Notes: generated by a model not told the origin, from the letters alone. DNA of 64,000 bases from Paramoeba atlantica (GCA_977017575.1 CDRNVI010000199.1:1-64000); one strand, 5' to 3'. Shown: positions 25,001 through 38,213, numbered from the stretch's first letter. Translations and numbers: made by a program.

Positions 25001-27626
25001 AGCTGCAAGTTATTTGGATAATTTTCTAGTTTTTTCTAAAGAGCTGGAAAATCATTCTAATGAAGCTTACAGAGTCATCTGAAAGTTGATGAGAGCAGGA
25101 TTTTAGATTAAGATGAAGAAATCAAAATTCTGCATAAAGAGGATTCAATTCATGGGTCATTTGATTAATGGTTTTACTTGAAAGATTGATTCATTCAAGA
25201 AAAAAATGGCTCAGAAGATGGTGAAACCTCAGACTGGAAAGCAAGTTGAAAGTCTTCTTGGTTTGCTGAATTTTTTGAGGGATTTTGTCCTAAATTATGT
25301 GACTATTGCAGCTCTGTTGGACAAGTTGCGAAAGATGAGGTGTCTTGGTAAGGCGTGGGGCAAGGAGCAAGACAAGTCTTTTGATTTTTTCAAAGAGGTT
25401 ATCTTGAATGCTCCAGTGTTGTCTCAGCCAGATTGGGATCAAGAATTTCATATTGCAACTGATGCTTCACAATATGCAGTTGGTGTGGTATTGTACCAAG
25501 TTGATGCAAATGACAAGAAATGTTATATTGTATTTGCATCGAAAACTCTTCAAGCGGGGCAACGAAATTATCCTGCACCGAAGAGGAAACTTTTGGCAAT
25601 TATTTTTGCAATTAGGAAGTTCCGTTCATATGTTTTTGGGCAGAAGTTTAGAGTGGAGACGGATCATAAGGCACTTGTGTATTTGAATTCAAGTACAAAG
25701 TTTATGATTTTGGACTGGTTGGATTTTCTGTTGGATTACAACTTCTACATTGTTTATCAAAAAGGGATCCATAATGTTTTACCAGACTATCTCTCTTGAT
25801 TGTATCAAGAAAAATACCCAGTTACAGATGATTCTACTGAACCAGCAATTGATGCTTGCAATGTTGCTGTGCTTGAGTGTGAGGATGAGCCTGTTGAAGG
25901 AACTAAGAGATATCTTGAAGAGTTTATTGGGAATGTACTTGGTAAGAAAGAACTGGAGGAAGAAGAGAAACTGCCTTTGGTGAAAGAAAAGCATGAGGAA
26001 AGTCATGCTGGTGTTTCAGGAACAGTTTGGAAACTATTTAGTGCAGGTTACTACTGGCCATCAATGAGAAGGATGGTAATTATGGTCTGTTGAGGTTGTG
26101 TGGTGTGTTTGAAATACAATCATGGGAGAATTGGATTTCATCCGATTACCCCAGTTACTTCAGTGCTGCCTATGGATATAATTGGTATGGATTTTATTTG
26201 TAGGTTGTCTGAGTCAAATGAGGGCTATACAATTGTCCTTATTGTAATAGATATTGCAAGTTGTTTTGTGATACTGTGTAAATTAATCTCCAAGGAAGCA
26301 GAGTCAGTTGCAGAAGCTTTGCTATCTGTTTTTGCAAATTTTGGTGTCCTAAAGGAGATTCAAAGTGATCAAGACCCATTGTTTTTCAACAAAGTTATGG
26401 AGGCTTTTCGTAATGCTTCAACTGCAAAATTGAGAAAGGTGATGAGATATTACCCTGCTCAAAATGGTGCAGTTGAGAGATATGTGAGAGAAGTTTTGGG
26501 TTTGGTTGTAAAATTGCTGGAAGGAGATATGACAAATTGGGTGAAATTTTTGCCAGTTGTTCAAATGTCATTGAATGATCACTATATCTTGAGACATAAG
26601 TTTACTCCCTTTGTGGTAATGTTCGTGAGAGAGAGGAACCAAGCAGCAAATTATGAGGGGTTGGAATTGGAAGTTGCAACTCCTGAAAAATTGTTAGAGA
26701 GAAATCAGAAGATGGTCTATTTGGTTTATCTAGCACTTGCAAAATTATCCAAAGAAGTGGGTAAGAAAGGTTGTGATGATGTGAATGAAATGAAATGGAA
26801 AAAAAGATCTTTGTGACCTAAACCTCTGGCAATTGGCACTTCAGTTATGAAAGAAGTGGATAAAAGAACTACAAAATGGCAGCAATGCTGGGAAGGCCCT
26901 TTTTGTATTGCTAAATATAACAATGAGATGAAAGGTTATTTGCTGGAATGTATTGATGGGAAAGTTCTTGAAGCAGAAGTTCCTATTGCATGATTGAAAG
27001 TGATTCTAGGAGAAATGAATTTATCTAATATCTATGAATTTGAGAAAATTTTGGATGATTGGGGCAAAGATGGTGAGAAGGAGTACCTTGTCAAATGGAA
27101 ATATTATGATGAGACATCTTGGCAACCTGTGAGTGATTTTTTGGCAGATGATGTGATTCAAGAATACAATGCAAAGTGGAGAAAATCGACACAGCATGTA
27201 AAAAAGAAATGAGGAACTATTTCTGTTGTGATGCTTGTTGTGTTGGTTGTTTTGTTCTTTTTGTTTTGTTTTGTTTTTATTGTGTGTTGTGAATTGCGAG
27301 CAAGTGCACTTGCGGGGGGTGTTGAGTTGTTATAGTTGGTTTTGTTGACTTTGTTGTTTTGTTGGTGAGCAAAAACACTGAACTATTTTGTGTGTGTTTT
27401 CCAATTGTGAATAATTGTAAATTATTTGTTGCTCTTTTTTGTACAAAAGAGGTTTTGTTCTTTGGACCCATTTGTGGGTGAAAGAGTGTAAACTTTCTTT
27501 TGTTCTTTTTAGCTTTTGGAATGCATTTGATAAAAGACATTGAACCAAACTTGTTCTTTTTTTGTTCTTTGTTCTTGTTCTCTGTTCTTGTCTCTATCTC
27601 CATACTATTCTATAAAGAACTCAACT
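22060..27626 (+). mobile_element. Ty3/Gypsy chromovirus-type LTR retrotransposon, full length, inactivated
   Basis: 307-bp LTRs at 22060-22366 and 27320-27626, TSD GTTAG/GTTGG, and a G-rich PPT at 27312-27319. Domain order gag, PR, RT, RH, IN, chromodomain. Confidence 0.95.
22443..27212 (+). pseudogene. Gypsy gag-pol pseudogene
   Basis: Two CCHC knuckles (CVFCKKTGHLESQC, CIKCLQPGHKKKDC); PR IYDSA; RT CLDLRVVN, DLMEAYHH, RMPFGL, YLDN; RH ATDASQYAVG; IN GMDFI, QSDQ, AQNGAVER; chromodomain YEFEKILD...EYLVKW. Confidence 0.95.
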
Positions 27627-28045
27627 GTTGGCACTTATAGTTTAGTTGTAAATTCAACTATGTTTAACCTCAGGGGGGCAAGTTCAAATCCCAGTTTTTC
27701 AATATTTTAGAAAATTTTTTTGGTGCTGTAGAGTGATTTGATTGAAGTGAAGAGCTTTTGAAAAAGTGTGAAAATCAAAACAGATTACATCTCAGCCTTA
27801 TCTGCTAAAAAGTTGAAAATAAATTTCTTTGGAAGGAATTTTGGATTATTCTCCCTTTTGATGTGTATTCTCCAGCCTGAACTTGCAAAAGTTCTAAAGT
27901 TCAGCATAAAGACCAACTAAACTAAGCTGAAGTTTAAAACTTCACCTCTTGTTAAAGGTTAAAAACAAACATAATTTAATGTAATTCAAATGGCTTAGAT
28001 TAAGAACTACTAATTGAATAAAGTTTGCTTCAAAAAGAAAAAAAA
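27627..28045 (+). mobile_element. tRNA-derived SINE whose first bases (22054-22059) are displaced by the Gypsy
   Basis: A-box-like TAGTTTAGTTGTAAA, B-box-like AGTTCAAATCCC, AATAAA and A-tail. Degenerate TSD of about 17 bp (tgaagatgataatgttg) at about 22037-22053 and 28046-28062. Confidence 0.8.
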
Positions 28046-28422
28046 TGAAGATGATAATGTTGTGGAAGGAAAAAAAAGAACTTGTTTTGTTGATTGATTC
28101 AAATAAAAAGAAATTTCTTATTGTAAATTCATTTAATAATAAAAAAGTGAAAAGAAATACAAATTTTTTTTCTTCAAAAAATACCTCAAAACTTACTCTC
28201 AAACACTCTTTTCAACCTTTTTTTCAGTTCTAAAGAGGAAAAACAAAACAAAAAACCATTGGTAGCTTTGTTTTTCAGTGGTCAAAAAAAAAACATAAAA
28301 AAGCACTTTTTTTTTGATGATTAATTTTTTTTTTGTTTTTTTTTTAACATTGAAATTATTTTTTCAACAATCAATATTTTTATTGTTTTTTTTGACCATT
28401 GAAATTATTTTTTCAATGGTTG

Positions 28423-28844
28423 GGGTTGGTGCTTGTAGTTTAGTTGTAAATTCAACTATATTCAATCTTGGGGAGCAAGTTCAAATTCCAGTTTTTTAAT
28501 ATTTTAGAAAATTTTTTTGGTATTGTAGAGTGATTTGATTGAAGTGAGGAGCTTTTAAAGAAGTGTGAAAATTGGAACAAGTTACATCTTAGCCTTGTTT
28601 GCTAAAAAGTTGAGGATAAATTCTCTTAAAAGGAGCTTTAAATTATTCTCCCTTCTGATGTGCATCCTCTAGCTTGAACTTGCAGAAGTTCTAAAGTTTA
28701 GTATAAAGACTGACTGAACTAAGCTGAAGTTTAAAACTTCATTTTTCATTAAAGGTTAAAAACAAACATAATTTAATGTAATTTAAATAATTTAGATTAA
28801 AAACTATTAATTGAATAAAGTTTACTTCAAAAAGAAAAAAAAAA
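28423..28844 (+). mobile_element. tRNA-derived SINE, complete, about 420 bp
   Basis: 17-bp TSD TATTTTTTCAATG(G/A)TTG at 28406-28422 and 28845-28861; tRNA-like head and A-tail. Confidence 0.85.
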
Positions 28845-29050
28845 TATTTTTTCAATGATTGATGTTTTTCTTGGTTTTTTTTGATGGTTGAAAGTTTGGA
28901 CAATGGAAGAAAGTCAAGTTGAGGTTGTTTGTGAGTTGAGGTGGGCAATGACATCAGTTAACTTTCAGGGTGTTGAAACCTTTCCAACAGTTCAATTCAA
29001 ACCCACAAATTGCCCTGACTGCAAGTGCAGCTTGAGCCCACCTCTGTGTG

Positions 29051-29271
29051 AGTGGTGCATCTAAAATTGTTTATTTAAATTTCCTAAATTTACTATGATT
29101 TCTACAACTTCTGCTCAAAGCACAACAAAAGCAATACAAACCAAATTTATAATAAAACACAAATTTGAACAAAACAAAACACTCTCTAATTAGGGAAATG
29201 TAGAGGAAACAACAAAACAATACCAAATTGAGAAGCATCTTCAAGAGTTGAAACACTCTTATTACCTGATA
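29051..29271 (-). repeat. Second copy of the 254-bp solo LTR family, clipped by the element D end
   Basis: Aligns with 19032-19278. Confidence 0.65.
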
Positions 29272-29329
29272 TCCTATAAATTGAAATTTGTTGATAACAT
29301 TCTTTCTGAGTTGTGCATCCTGTACAAAA

Positions 29330-30050
29330 GACCTTTCTTGCTCCAATTTGATTCTGAACCTATAATAGCTATTGCAAAAATACCCCATGTGAACCAAAAA
29401 ACTAAGCAAATTGAAGCCTTTGACTATTACACAAGAAAAGCATTGCAAAATAGCTTGATTGAGTTGGATTATGTGCTCACTAAAGATAACTTTGCTGATA
29501 TTTTTACAAAACCCCTTAGATTCAATGTGTTTACACTTCACCAAAACAATTTTATTCATTCCTGTTGCTCTGCAAATTAACTTCATGATGGAAGGGAGTG
29601 TTAGAATATCAGTATTCTTAATTTGTAGAATGTTTAATTTAATGGAAAACATCATTTGTGAATTCTATAATCACAAGTTATGCTATCTTAAAGCACCTCA
29701 TCTTCCTCTTTTGAATAGTGCTAATTCCATCTGAATCTAACAACTACACATCATAATATTGATCAATCATTGAATTGTGCCTTCAAGAATACCTTTGCCC
29801 TATTTCAAACGCAATTTGATTGCATAGTTTATTCTCCATATTCTAATCTTTCAGCTTATGAATTTATTTGTGCTGATGTCATCTGTTGTTCCCTTCCTTA
29901 AACTTGTTGTGTCTTTGTGTCTCTTATGTGTACTTTTATTTGTGTGTGTTTTTCTGCTTTTGCACTTGGTATCACATTGACAAATATGTGCTTGAAACCT
30001 GTTCATAAATAAACATGTGAGAGACTTTGTTTTTTCATGTTTCTGGCTCT
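29330..30050 (+). mobile_element. Old copia relic: RNase H C-terminus, PPT and 3' LTR
   Basis: KQIEAFDYYTRK...KDNFADIFTKPL. Purine tract GGAAGGGAG at 29590-29598 followed by TGTTAGAA at 29599. The LTR end is approximate. Confidence 0.7.
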
Positions 30051-30054
30051 TGCT

Positions 30055-31815
30055 GTTCTTGTGTTTTCTTGTGTTTTTCTTTTGTACTTCTCTTCACTTC
30101 TGCCATCCACTTTTTTAGTCTTTGTTTGAAGTCCTTTCAAGGTTTGTTTTTTGATTTTGATTTGTTTTTTGATGTTCTTTGAAATAATGTATTTTTAAAG
30201 AACCAAAAAAACAACTTTTATAGGAGAGATGTTGAAAAGTGTTAAAAAAGTGTTGGTCAAACTGCCAATATCTCTCCTTGAAAGAGAAGATGTCCTTTTC
30301 TATTTTGGTTCTACTTTTTTTTCCATATTCTAAAGTCTAAGAACAAATAGATTGGGCAATTTTTTGAAAATGGGCACACTCAAATCTCACAAAAACACCA
30401 AAAAGATTTTTGGAAAGAGATCAAAAAGATTAAAAAAGTCAAAAGAACAAAACAACCTGGTTTAACTTTCTTTTTAAATAACAATTTTTTAATTTTTCTT
30501 CTAAGCAAAAACAATGGAAAAGGAGAGCTTTTACATCTCAAATCAAGAGGAAAACAGAAGAGATTACAAACTTTAAAGTGGTTTATCTCTTTGAAGGTTC
30601 TTTGTAATGAAGATGAAGGAACACAAATTAAAGAGGATAAACCTTTTGAAACACTGAACTTGAACTTTTGAAAAGTTCAAGTTCAGCATTTCAAAAAAAC
30701 TGATTTAAGAACTCATTTATTGTCTGTCCATTGGGAAGTGAGTTGTGAAGAAAGTGATTTGAAAAGGTTAATTCATTTTTTTTTTATGTATGTTTTAAAG
30801 AATTATAATTTCTTAAAATTTAATAAATAGACTTTCAAAACCTCAAGAAATCTGATGATTTGAAACAAGCACAGTTTGTGAATATAATGATGAATGATAT
30901 GGGTTACTCAAAAATCCAAATGATGTGATGATATTTCAGTGAATCTTAGATCCTTTGTTTGGGAAGCTAATACACTTGAAATCATCAAAGTTTGAAATTC
31001 CATTTCCAAAACTTCCTGCTCCAAAGTCAGTGATGGATTTTAGGGAGAAACTGTTGCTGGTTTGATTTTAAAATAAGTTTTCAATAACAATAGTGCTTTT
31101 TCCTGGTTTTCTTGTTAAAATAATGTGGTTGTCTCAGTTTTGAATAATTCATTGGTTTTGAGAGTCCATGTGAACCACTTGCTTTCTTTCAACTCATTCT
31201 TCCAACAATTTTAGAAACCTGTATTGTGTGAATTCAAAAATTTTTAAAAATAATAAAAATAATAAAAAAAAAAAGAAAAGAAAAAAGAGAAAGGAAAAAA
31301 AAGGAGAAAAAAAGAGAGAATAAAAAGGAAGAATAAAAAAGAAGAAAAAAAAAGAAAGAAAAAAAGGGAAAAAAAACAAAAGAAAAAAAAGAAAAAAAAA
31401 GAAAAACAAGATGATCAAACGGAAACATAACCTTCTCTTCAAGCACTTTCCAAAACACTAAACTCTTATTTGTTTTTACAAGTTTTCATAAAATCAAAAA
31501 ACAAAAATAATCAAATAATAAAGGTGAAGGAGGAGAGAGAAAGTAGAATAACTATCCTTAGATGGCTCTGAAAAATGAACAGGAGGAAACAATAACATCA
31601 AGAGAGGAAAAGGGTTTTTTGGTGATAATGTCTATAAAGAAGAAAACAAAGAATCATGAGGAATTGGTTGACAGAGCAAGAATTCCATTTTTAATCTCCT
31701 TCTTTTCTTTTTTTGTGATTGAATTCATTTTTTTCTTTTGAAATTGAATCTGGCAAGCATTTTGAAAAAAGAATCAAAAATTTGAAAGAAAAAAAAGCAA
31801 AAAAATTAGCAATTT
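30055..31815 (+). mobile_element. Family F derivative, inverted relative to 55955-57760, termini missing
   Basis: Reverse complement of 55955-57760 along its length. Confidence 0.8.
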
Positions 31816-32035
31816 TAGAAAGTGCTTGAAGAGAAGGTTGTGTTTCTATTTAATCATCTTGTTTTTCTTTTTTTTTCTTTTTTTTCTTTTGTTTTTTTCC
31901 CCTTTTTTTCTTTTTTTTTTTTTCTTCCTTTTTATTCTTCCTTTTTATTCTCTCTTTTTTTCTCCTTCCTCTTTTTTCTCCTTCTTCTTTTTTCTTTTCT
32001 TTTTTTTATTTTATTATTTTTATCATTTTTAAAAA
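31816..32035. repeat. Inverted duplication of family F segment 31215-31450
   Basis: Same orientation as 56325-56540 and reverse complement of 31215-31450. Confidence 0.7.
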
Positions 32036-33660
32036 AACTTGACTTGCCCACAATCTCTTTTGGTTGTGAAAAAGCAAACTTAAAAGAAAAGACTATAGGG
32101 TTGGAATTTATGTTCACCAATAGCTAGGTATCCTTCTTTTTCAGTTGAGTTTATGACCACCAGGCTGGTGATATGGGGGGCACTGAAGTTCCACTGACTT
32201 GTTTGTTGCTCTCACTAATAGTTTTAATTTTAGAAGTGGTTTTGGTCCTAATGTGAGAGAACAAACTCATCTTAATCAAAGTTGTAGCATTATGCTTGAC
32301 TGGACCCACAGAGGAACTTCTTTGAACAGCTGATTCCTTAGTTGTGGAAGAAGGTACTTTGAAGTTGTTGGGTATGGCTTCATGGCTCTTCTTCACAGGA
32401 GGGGGGCTCTTCAGAGGGGTAGATTCTGCAGGAATAACATTGGGTGAATGAGACACCAACCCTTAACCTCCAAAATTACATGCAGATAAATTTAAGCCAT
32501 CTTTTTTAACACCAATGGGGGAGAGACCTTCAGAAGGCTTAAACGAAGTGTATGACTTAAGGAAAAATTAATTTGTTCTCTCAGAACCCACTGCTATAGA
32601 CTCACCAGTATTTCCAAGGGGGGTACTAGATGAAGAGACTCTGTCAGGAGGAACAAAGTTAAATTGTACACCATCTCTGGCAGCTTGTTTTCTTATCTTA
32701 ACTTCTTTGGGGTCATGAATGTTGATCAAGTACATTTCCATTCTCACCATATTGCCAACTTTACTTGAATCTTTTTTTTGTAAAATTTCAAATAAACAAT
32801 TCAAACAAGCAAGATGGTTAATTTGACAAGTGGGGCATTTCACCACTGTATCAAAGGGCCTCACTGGGGTCCAGACAGAGACTTGAGCTTGAGTAGTGCT
32901 AATTCCCAACCATTCTTTGGTGTGGGCAATGAGCTGGACAAGGTTGATGGGGATTTGGGTGTAAAACAAAACAATACAATTCTTGGCTATTAGTACTACT
33001 TTCTTCAAGTTATGTCTTGGAAGAGAATTTGGACCAATAAAAAGATTCTGAATCCACTTTACACCCTTGGCTTCAAAGGGAACTTTGATTTTAAGCTTTC
33101 ACAATTTTGTGTCCTCATTGTTCCTCTAAGTAAAGGATTTCTTGAGTTTTTTAGCCAATTTGTTGCCTTTGTTCAAAAACTCTTTTTCTACACTGGCAGC
33201 ATCTATGCTCTCAAGTGCTGAGATCACAAAATGGCCTTGCTTGATGTTCACAAAAATTTTCCCTTTAAGAGAAGTCACATGTTCAATTGCTTGGATAACT
33301 TTGTTGAAGTTGAAGAGTCCTGGTTTGAAATCCAGTGATTTCACTAACTTTGTTGGTCTCAACTTGGCTCTAACAATAGTTTTTGGGTTCAGAAGCATGA
33401 CTAAACCTTGATATAGTCTGACATTGTTCTGATCTATTTTGTGCAGCACATCACTAAGACCTTTGGAGGCTGGAATGCTTTCCTTGGTTTTGAGAGGTTT
33501 TTTCTTTCTTTCACTTTTTTTAACAACTTGAGCAAATGATTCACTATTTGTTCATTCTGACCAGATGTTCCTGGTAGAAAATCCCTCTCCTTCCTTTACA
33601 TTGGGTGAAGAGGTTTTCATAATATTTTCTGTGGCAACCAACCACAAAGATACACACTAT
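32036..33660 (-). mobile_element. LINE family B 5' end and ORF1
   Basis: ORFs 33126-33449, 32568-33008 and 32151-32459 match 8733-9861. The 5' motif GTGGTTGGTT at 33636-33645 precedes an ATG at 33620. Confidence 0.75.
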
Positions 33661-33689
33661 AGCAAAAGATAGGAAATTCAGACAAATTG

Positions 33690-33703
33690 TATCTTGAACC
33701 TTC

Positions 33704-33742
<39 letters not shown>

Positions 33743-33909
33743 ATCCTCATTCAACCAAAAGACAAACAAATCAAAAGAGAGACCACAGGAGTGAACATGT
33801 GGATATAATATCAGATTTTTTTTTAAAAGACTCAAAAGGAATATTTGAAGTTACTTCAACTCTAAAAAACACCATAATTGTAAGTGCAGCTTAAGCTCAC
33901 CTCCATATG
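33690..33909. mobile_element. Element D terminal fragment, inverted
   Basis: Reverse complement of 5772-5960, with a T-run inserted at about 33703-33738. Confidence 0.7.
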
Positions 33910-36900
33910 TTAGCATCAATTTCAACAACAATATCTTTGAGAAAGTCCATCATATCTTTTTTTTTTTTAAATTCAGACACCAGGTGCCATTTATTAGAGT
34001 TAAAAAACCATCTCTAGGATGGAAAAGAGGGGGGAAGAAAGGGGGGGGGGAGGGAAGATAAATTAAGAGTTAGATCCAAAGATCTCTTCAGCATGGAATG
34101 CATTGGAGTTTCTTTACCAACTTTAGTTTTCACTAAGGGGTCTGTGTTTGATTGTCTGCCTTCTAAAACCAGGGAGTGAGTTCGGTTTGAAGGTTTCTAT
34201 GAAGTTAATTACATTCCTTCGAAAATCTTCCTCAATAAAGCTCCTCACCAGATTGCTCTCTTGGAACTGATGGAACCATCCTTGGATATCTTTAGTAATT
34301 ATTACAGGGAGGATTAGAGCATTCTCAAGAGCAGTTTGGGCTGGAAACAAAACATGGGGGGTTGTCACTGTATTTCCTTGGAATTTCCTTACAAAATTCC
34401 CTGGGGGGATGGGGAAAGTCCAGTCATGGGTGAGGGGGGAATTGATCCAGTTTCACAGGGTTGAATTCAGAATAATCCACTCTTCACTGGTTTCTGCAAC
34501 ATGTTGTGATCTTGGATCCCAATGATGGTCATTCACAGCACATGTTCCATCCTCTTTAGACCAACTTGCAGTTGCAATTGCATCAGCTCACTTGTTAAGT
34601 TCTCGGGGTACATGGATGAATTCTATCTTGTCAAAGCACATTGCTAACTTACGGATTTCACAAAGTAGTTCATTCAAGGCATAGTTTTTGATGGCATGGG
34701 TTTTGGGTGCAGCCTTGGTGAGAATCATACAATCCCCAACAACTTCAATCTCATTCATCATTGATCTGGCGCATTGCATTCCTTTCAAACAGCCTGTAAA
34801 TTCACCAATATTGTTGGACCCAAGAGGGATGGTTTCAAACCCACCACATATCTCTTTCCCTTCCCTGAAAACTGCAAAGCCCACACCCCCCAGATGAGGG
34901 TCTGTACGGCCTGAACTGTCATAAAACACTTGAAAGCCTTTAAATTTAAAACTTTCCTTCTCTTTAGTTCCTTTCTTTGTTTGGGTTCTTGGGGGCTGAG
35001 GGAGGATTTTGTTCTTTCTCAAGATTTTTTCGAAAATTTCAGTAGCATACTGGGGTGATTTTGATCCTTCTGCACACACTGTGAGCCACAAACTCAACAG
35101 GGCAACACTCACCACTGAGGTTTCTTGTCTGGTGAGAAAATTTGAGACAAGGCCGCACACATTCTTAGTTTCTTGCCAGCTGGGTACATTCAACAAAATA
35201 CATTTCCTTCCCATTGCTTGGAGGAGGCCCTCAGCCACAGAACATTCCTCCAGAAGATGAGATCGTGACTCCTTTTCATGGTGGCAGAGTCGGCAACTTG
35301 AGTTTTGGTTTGTGAAGTGAGCCAACTTGTCTCTTGTAGGCAGCCCTCTTATTAGGAACTTAATCAAATTCCTCTTAAGTTGGGGCCTAATTGCATGTGC
35401 CAAGTTGTACACCACACACTCAGCTCTTCCTTCACCCACATACAGATCCTTGATTTCAATGGGGATCACTTGAGACATATTGGAATAAGCAACTCAAGTG
35501 GCCTGACCAAACACAACTTTGGCAGAGAGGCTTTGGGCTGCAAAAAGGGCATCCTTTCACATGGCTCCAATGGAAAGAGGGCTCTGATAATCGCTCCTCA
35601 TTGGTGGACGAGAAGTGAGGAGGGCCCAATTAAAAACGATTGGATGGTGCAGTTGGGGGTTTGAGTCCAAGGGAGGATAGCATGAGGTAAGAATGGAGGT
35701 TTTTGTGTTGGCATAAGCACCCAGAGCTGAGCAGATGGATTTCCACATCAAGGAGGCAACAGATTTTGGAATCAGTTTGAATCTCACTAAATATCCCATG
35801 CATGGAGTTAGATAGGTATTGACCATCCTTACTCTTGAGCGAAAATTACTACCTCTTTTTTTGATTGCTGCTCCAACTTTCTTCATCTTTAGGATCACTT
35901 TCTCCCAATCCTTAAGAGGAGATAACCGTTTACTCAACCTCACTCCCAGATATACAGTTTCATCACCACAGTAATTGGATCTTGCCATCTCAGCCCAGGG
36001 GCCTACAGGTTTGAAAGACTCAGTTGAGAGAACAAAGCACTTATTAAAATTCAGTTTAGCTCCAGTCGCTTTTTCATATTTCTTGAAGGTTGGAGTGAGA
36101 GAATTGATGGTTTCAGCTTTCTGGATCACCATTCCCAAGTCATCCATAAAGCCTGATAGGTCTTGGGGGTTGTGTTCCTTCTTCAGGCTCACCAGGAGGA
36201 TGTCAAACACAATTACAAAAAGAAGGGGGGAGATTGGGCATCCTTATCTGACACCAGTTTGACTTTGGATTGATTCATTGTTGCCTCCCCTCTTGGATCC
36301 ACCAATATTCAGCAGCCAGGTTACAGATTCTCAAAGCACCTTCTCAACAACATAGATTGCTTGAGGGGGGGCATTCAAACCTTTGAGAATATGAAGAAGT
36401 GCATCACGATTCACATAATCATATGCCTTGCAAAAGTCTGTTTGGAGGAGGGTCACGTCTTTCCCTTGCCAGAGCTTCATAAAAAGAGTCATACACTGTT
36501 TCCACTGCCTTGTCAATTGACCTCCCCTTAAACATCGCATGCTGTTCTTTAGAAATTACTCCACTTGCAATCTCCATCAGCCATTTTGCCCAATATCTCA
36601 TCACAATTCGATAATCTGAATTGGTAACACTGATTGGTCGAAATTGGTCAGGGTGGGGGATATTCTTGACTTTGGGAATCAAACAGAGTTGGCTCTCACC
36701 AAAAGAGGGGGGGAACTCCATCATCTCACCCGCTTGTTGAATTAATTCCACCCACATGTCAAAATACTTTTCTTGTGTTGCCTTATATAAAGAGAAAGGG
36801 ATACCATCAGGTCCTGCGCTGGTGTTATTGGTTCTCTGAAGAAGTTTATCAACTTTCTTCCTGTCAACATCATGTCTCTCAACTGGGGGAAAGTGAGGAT

Positions 36901-38213
36901 GATGGTCAGCAATCAATTCGTCAAGAGAATCCTTGTTATATGGTCTTTCTGTACTGAGAAGGCTCTCCCAAAAGTCCTTAATTGCTTTTTTTACCACATT
37001 ATCATCACGAGAGATCACTCCATCTACAATTACACCTTTAACACAGGGAGAGGATTTATGACCAGGGTGTGAGGGGTGTTCATCCACAAAAATTCCGAGT
37101 TGTTGTTCAAGAATTGCAGTTCAATCCATCCCAGCTTTGATCATTCTAGGAATAGCTTTGATTCTCCATTTCTTGTCATCTTGAGAGCCATTCCATCCTA
37201 TCGCAGCTGTATGAAGAAGTTCAAGTTCCAACGAAGAAAAAGAGTGTATGGTTGAAGTTTTCCTTAAAATCCTGGTTTTTGCAAGGCGTTTGATGATTGT
37301 CTGAAGTTTCCATAGTTCTTTGAAAAGGTGAGCTTCTTTCCCTTTGTCGTTCCACAGAGGAACTAATTCCCATGCCTTCTCCTTGAGTTTAATAAGACAA
37401 CTGACAGGATCACCTTCCACATAGTCCCCAACTTCATTAATGAGGGCATTAATAAATTTAGGATCTTTAATGAGGTATTCAGGGATTCTCTTCTTGTTAG
37501 ATTTCAACTCCCATTCTTTGATACTAGTTCCACCTATGATCATCGCATGGTCCTTAAAGCCTGAAGGGATCGCATTAACAAAAATCCTTTCACTAGGAGC
37601 GTTCAAGGGAATAAAGACATGATTGATACATTGTCCTTGGAAATGGGTTGGTTCAGACCACCCCAGTCTTGATAGATTCTGTTACAATCCTGTTGGCTCT
37701 TGTGTTTTCCATTTGGAGCCATTCTCACTCCCTCTTCTGCCAAACAACTGATCTCTCTCTCCCTGTTCTCCCTGATTGACACTCTCTCTCTTCCCTCTCT
37801 TTTCCTTCTTCTCTTTTTTCTCTCTTTCTCTTCTTTCCCTTCCTCTTCTCTCATCCTTCCTCCCTCCTTCTCTCTCTTTCCTCTTTCCTTCCTTTCCCTT
37901 TTCTTTTTCCCCTTTTCTCACTTTTCCTCCCCTCTCTTTTCTCCTGTCTTTTTCCTTTTCTCTGTGCTTTTCAGAATGTTGATTCATGAATGATCCACCT
38001 GTGTTCTATTGCAGTTATCTGCCACTAAAACGCTCTTTTCATGCCATTTTCACTGTCTTTCTCTCCTTTGTTTTGTGTTGTTTTCCCCCCTTTTTCTCTG
38101 CTGTCACAAATCATTTGTTCCCCCTTTTCTGTTTGTTGATACAAATAAATCATTCTCTTCAGTTCCTTTGTTGTATTTTTCTTGTCCCCCTCCTTCTTCC
38201 CCTTGGCCACACA

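Larger units (their letters stand above)
21751..29050. mobile_element. Element D with both termini, carrying two SINEs and a Gypsy inside
   Basis: TACATGGGGGTGAGTTCAAGCTGCACTTGCA at 21751 and its inverted counterpart ending at 29050. The body is collinear with 5772-6517 once insertions are removed. No TSD. Confidence 0.6.

Noticed and set aside
27627-27700. Functional tRNA gene (also 28423-28495)
   Set aside because: No clean cloverleaf or anticodon arm; attached to a constant body, an A-tail and a TSD, so a SINE head.
21741-29060. TSD for element D
   Set aside because: Flanks AAAGTACAGA and AGTGGTGCAT do not match, so the two ends may come from a rearranged locus.
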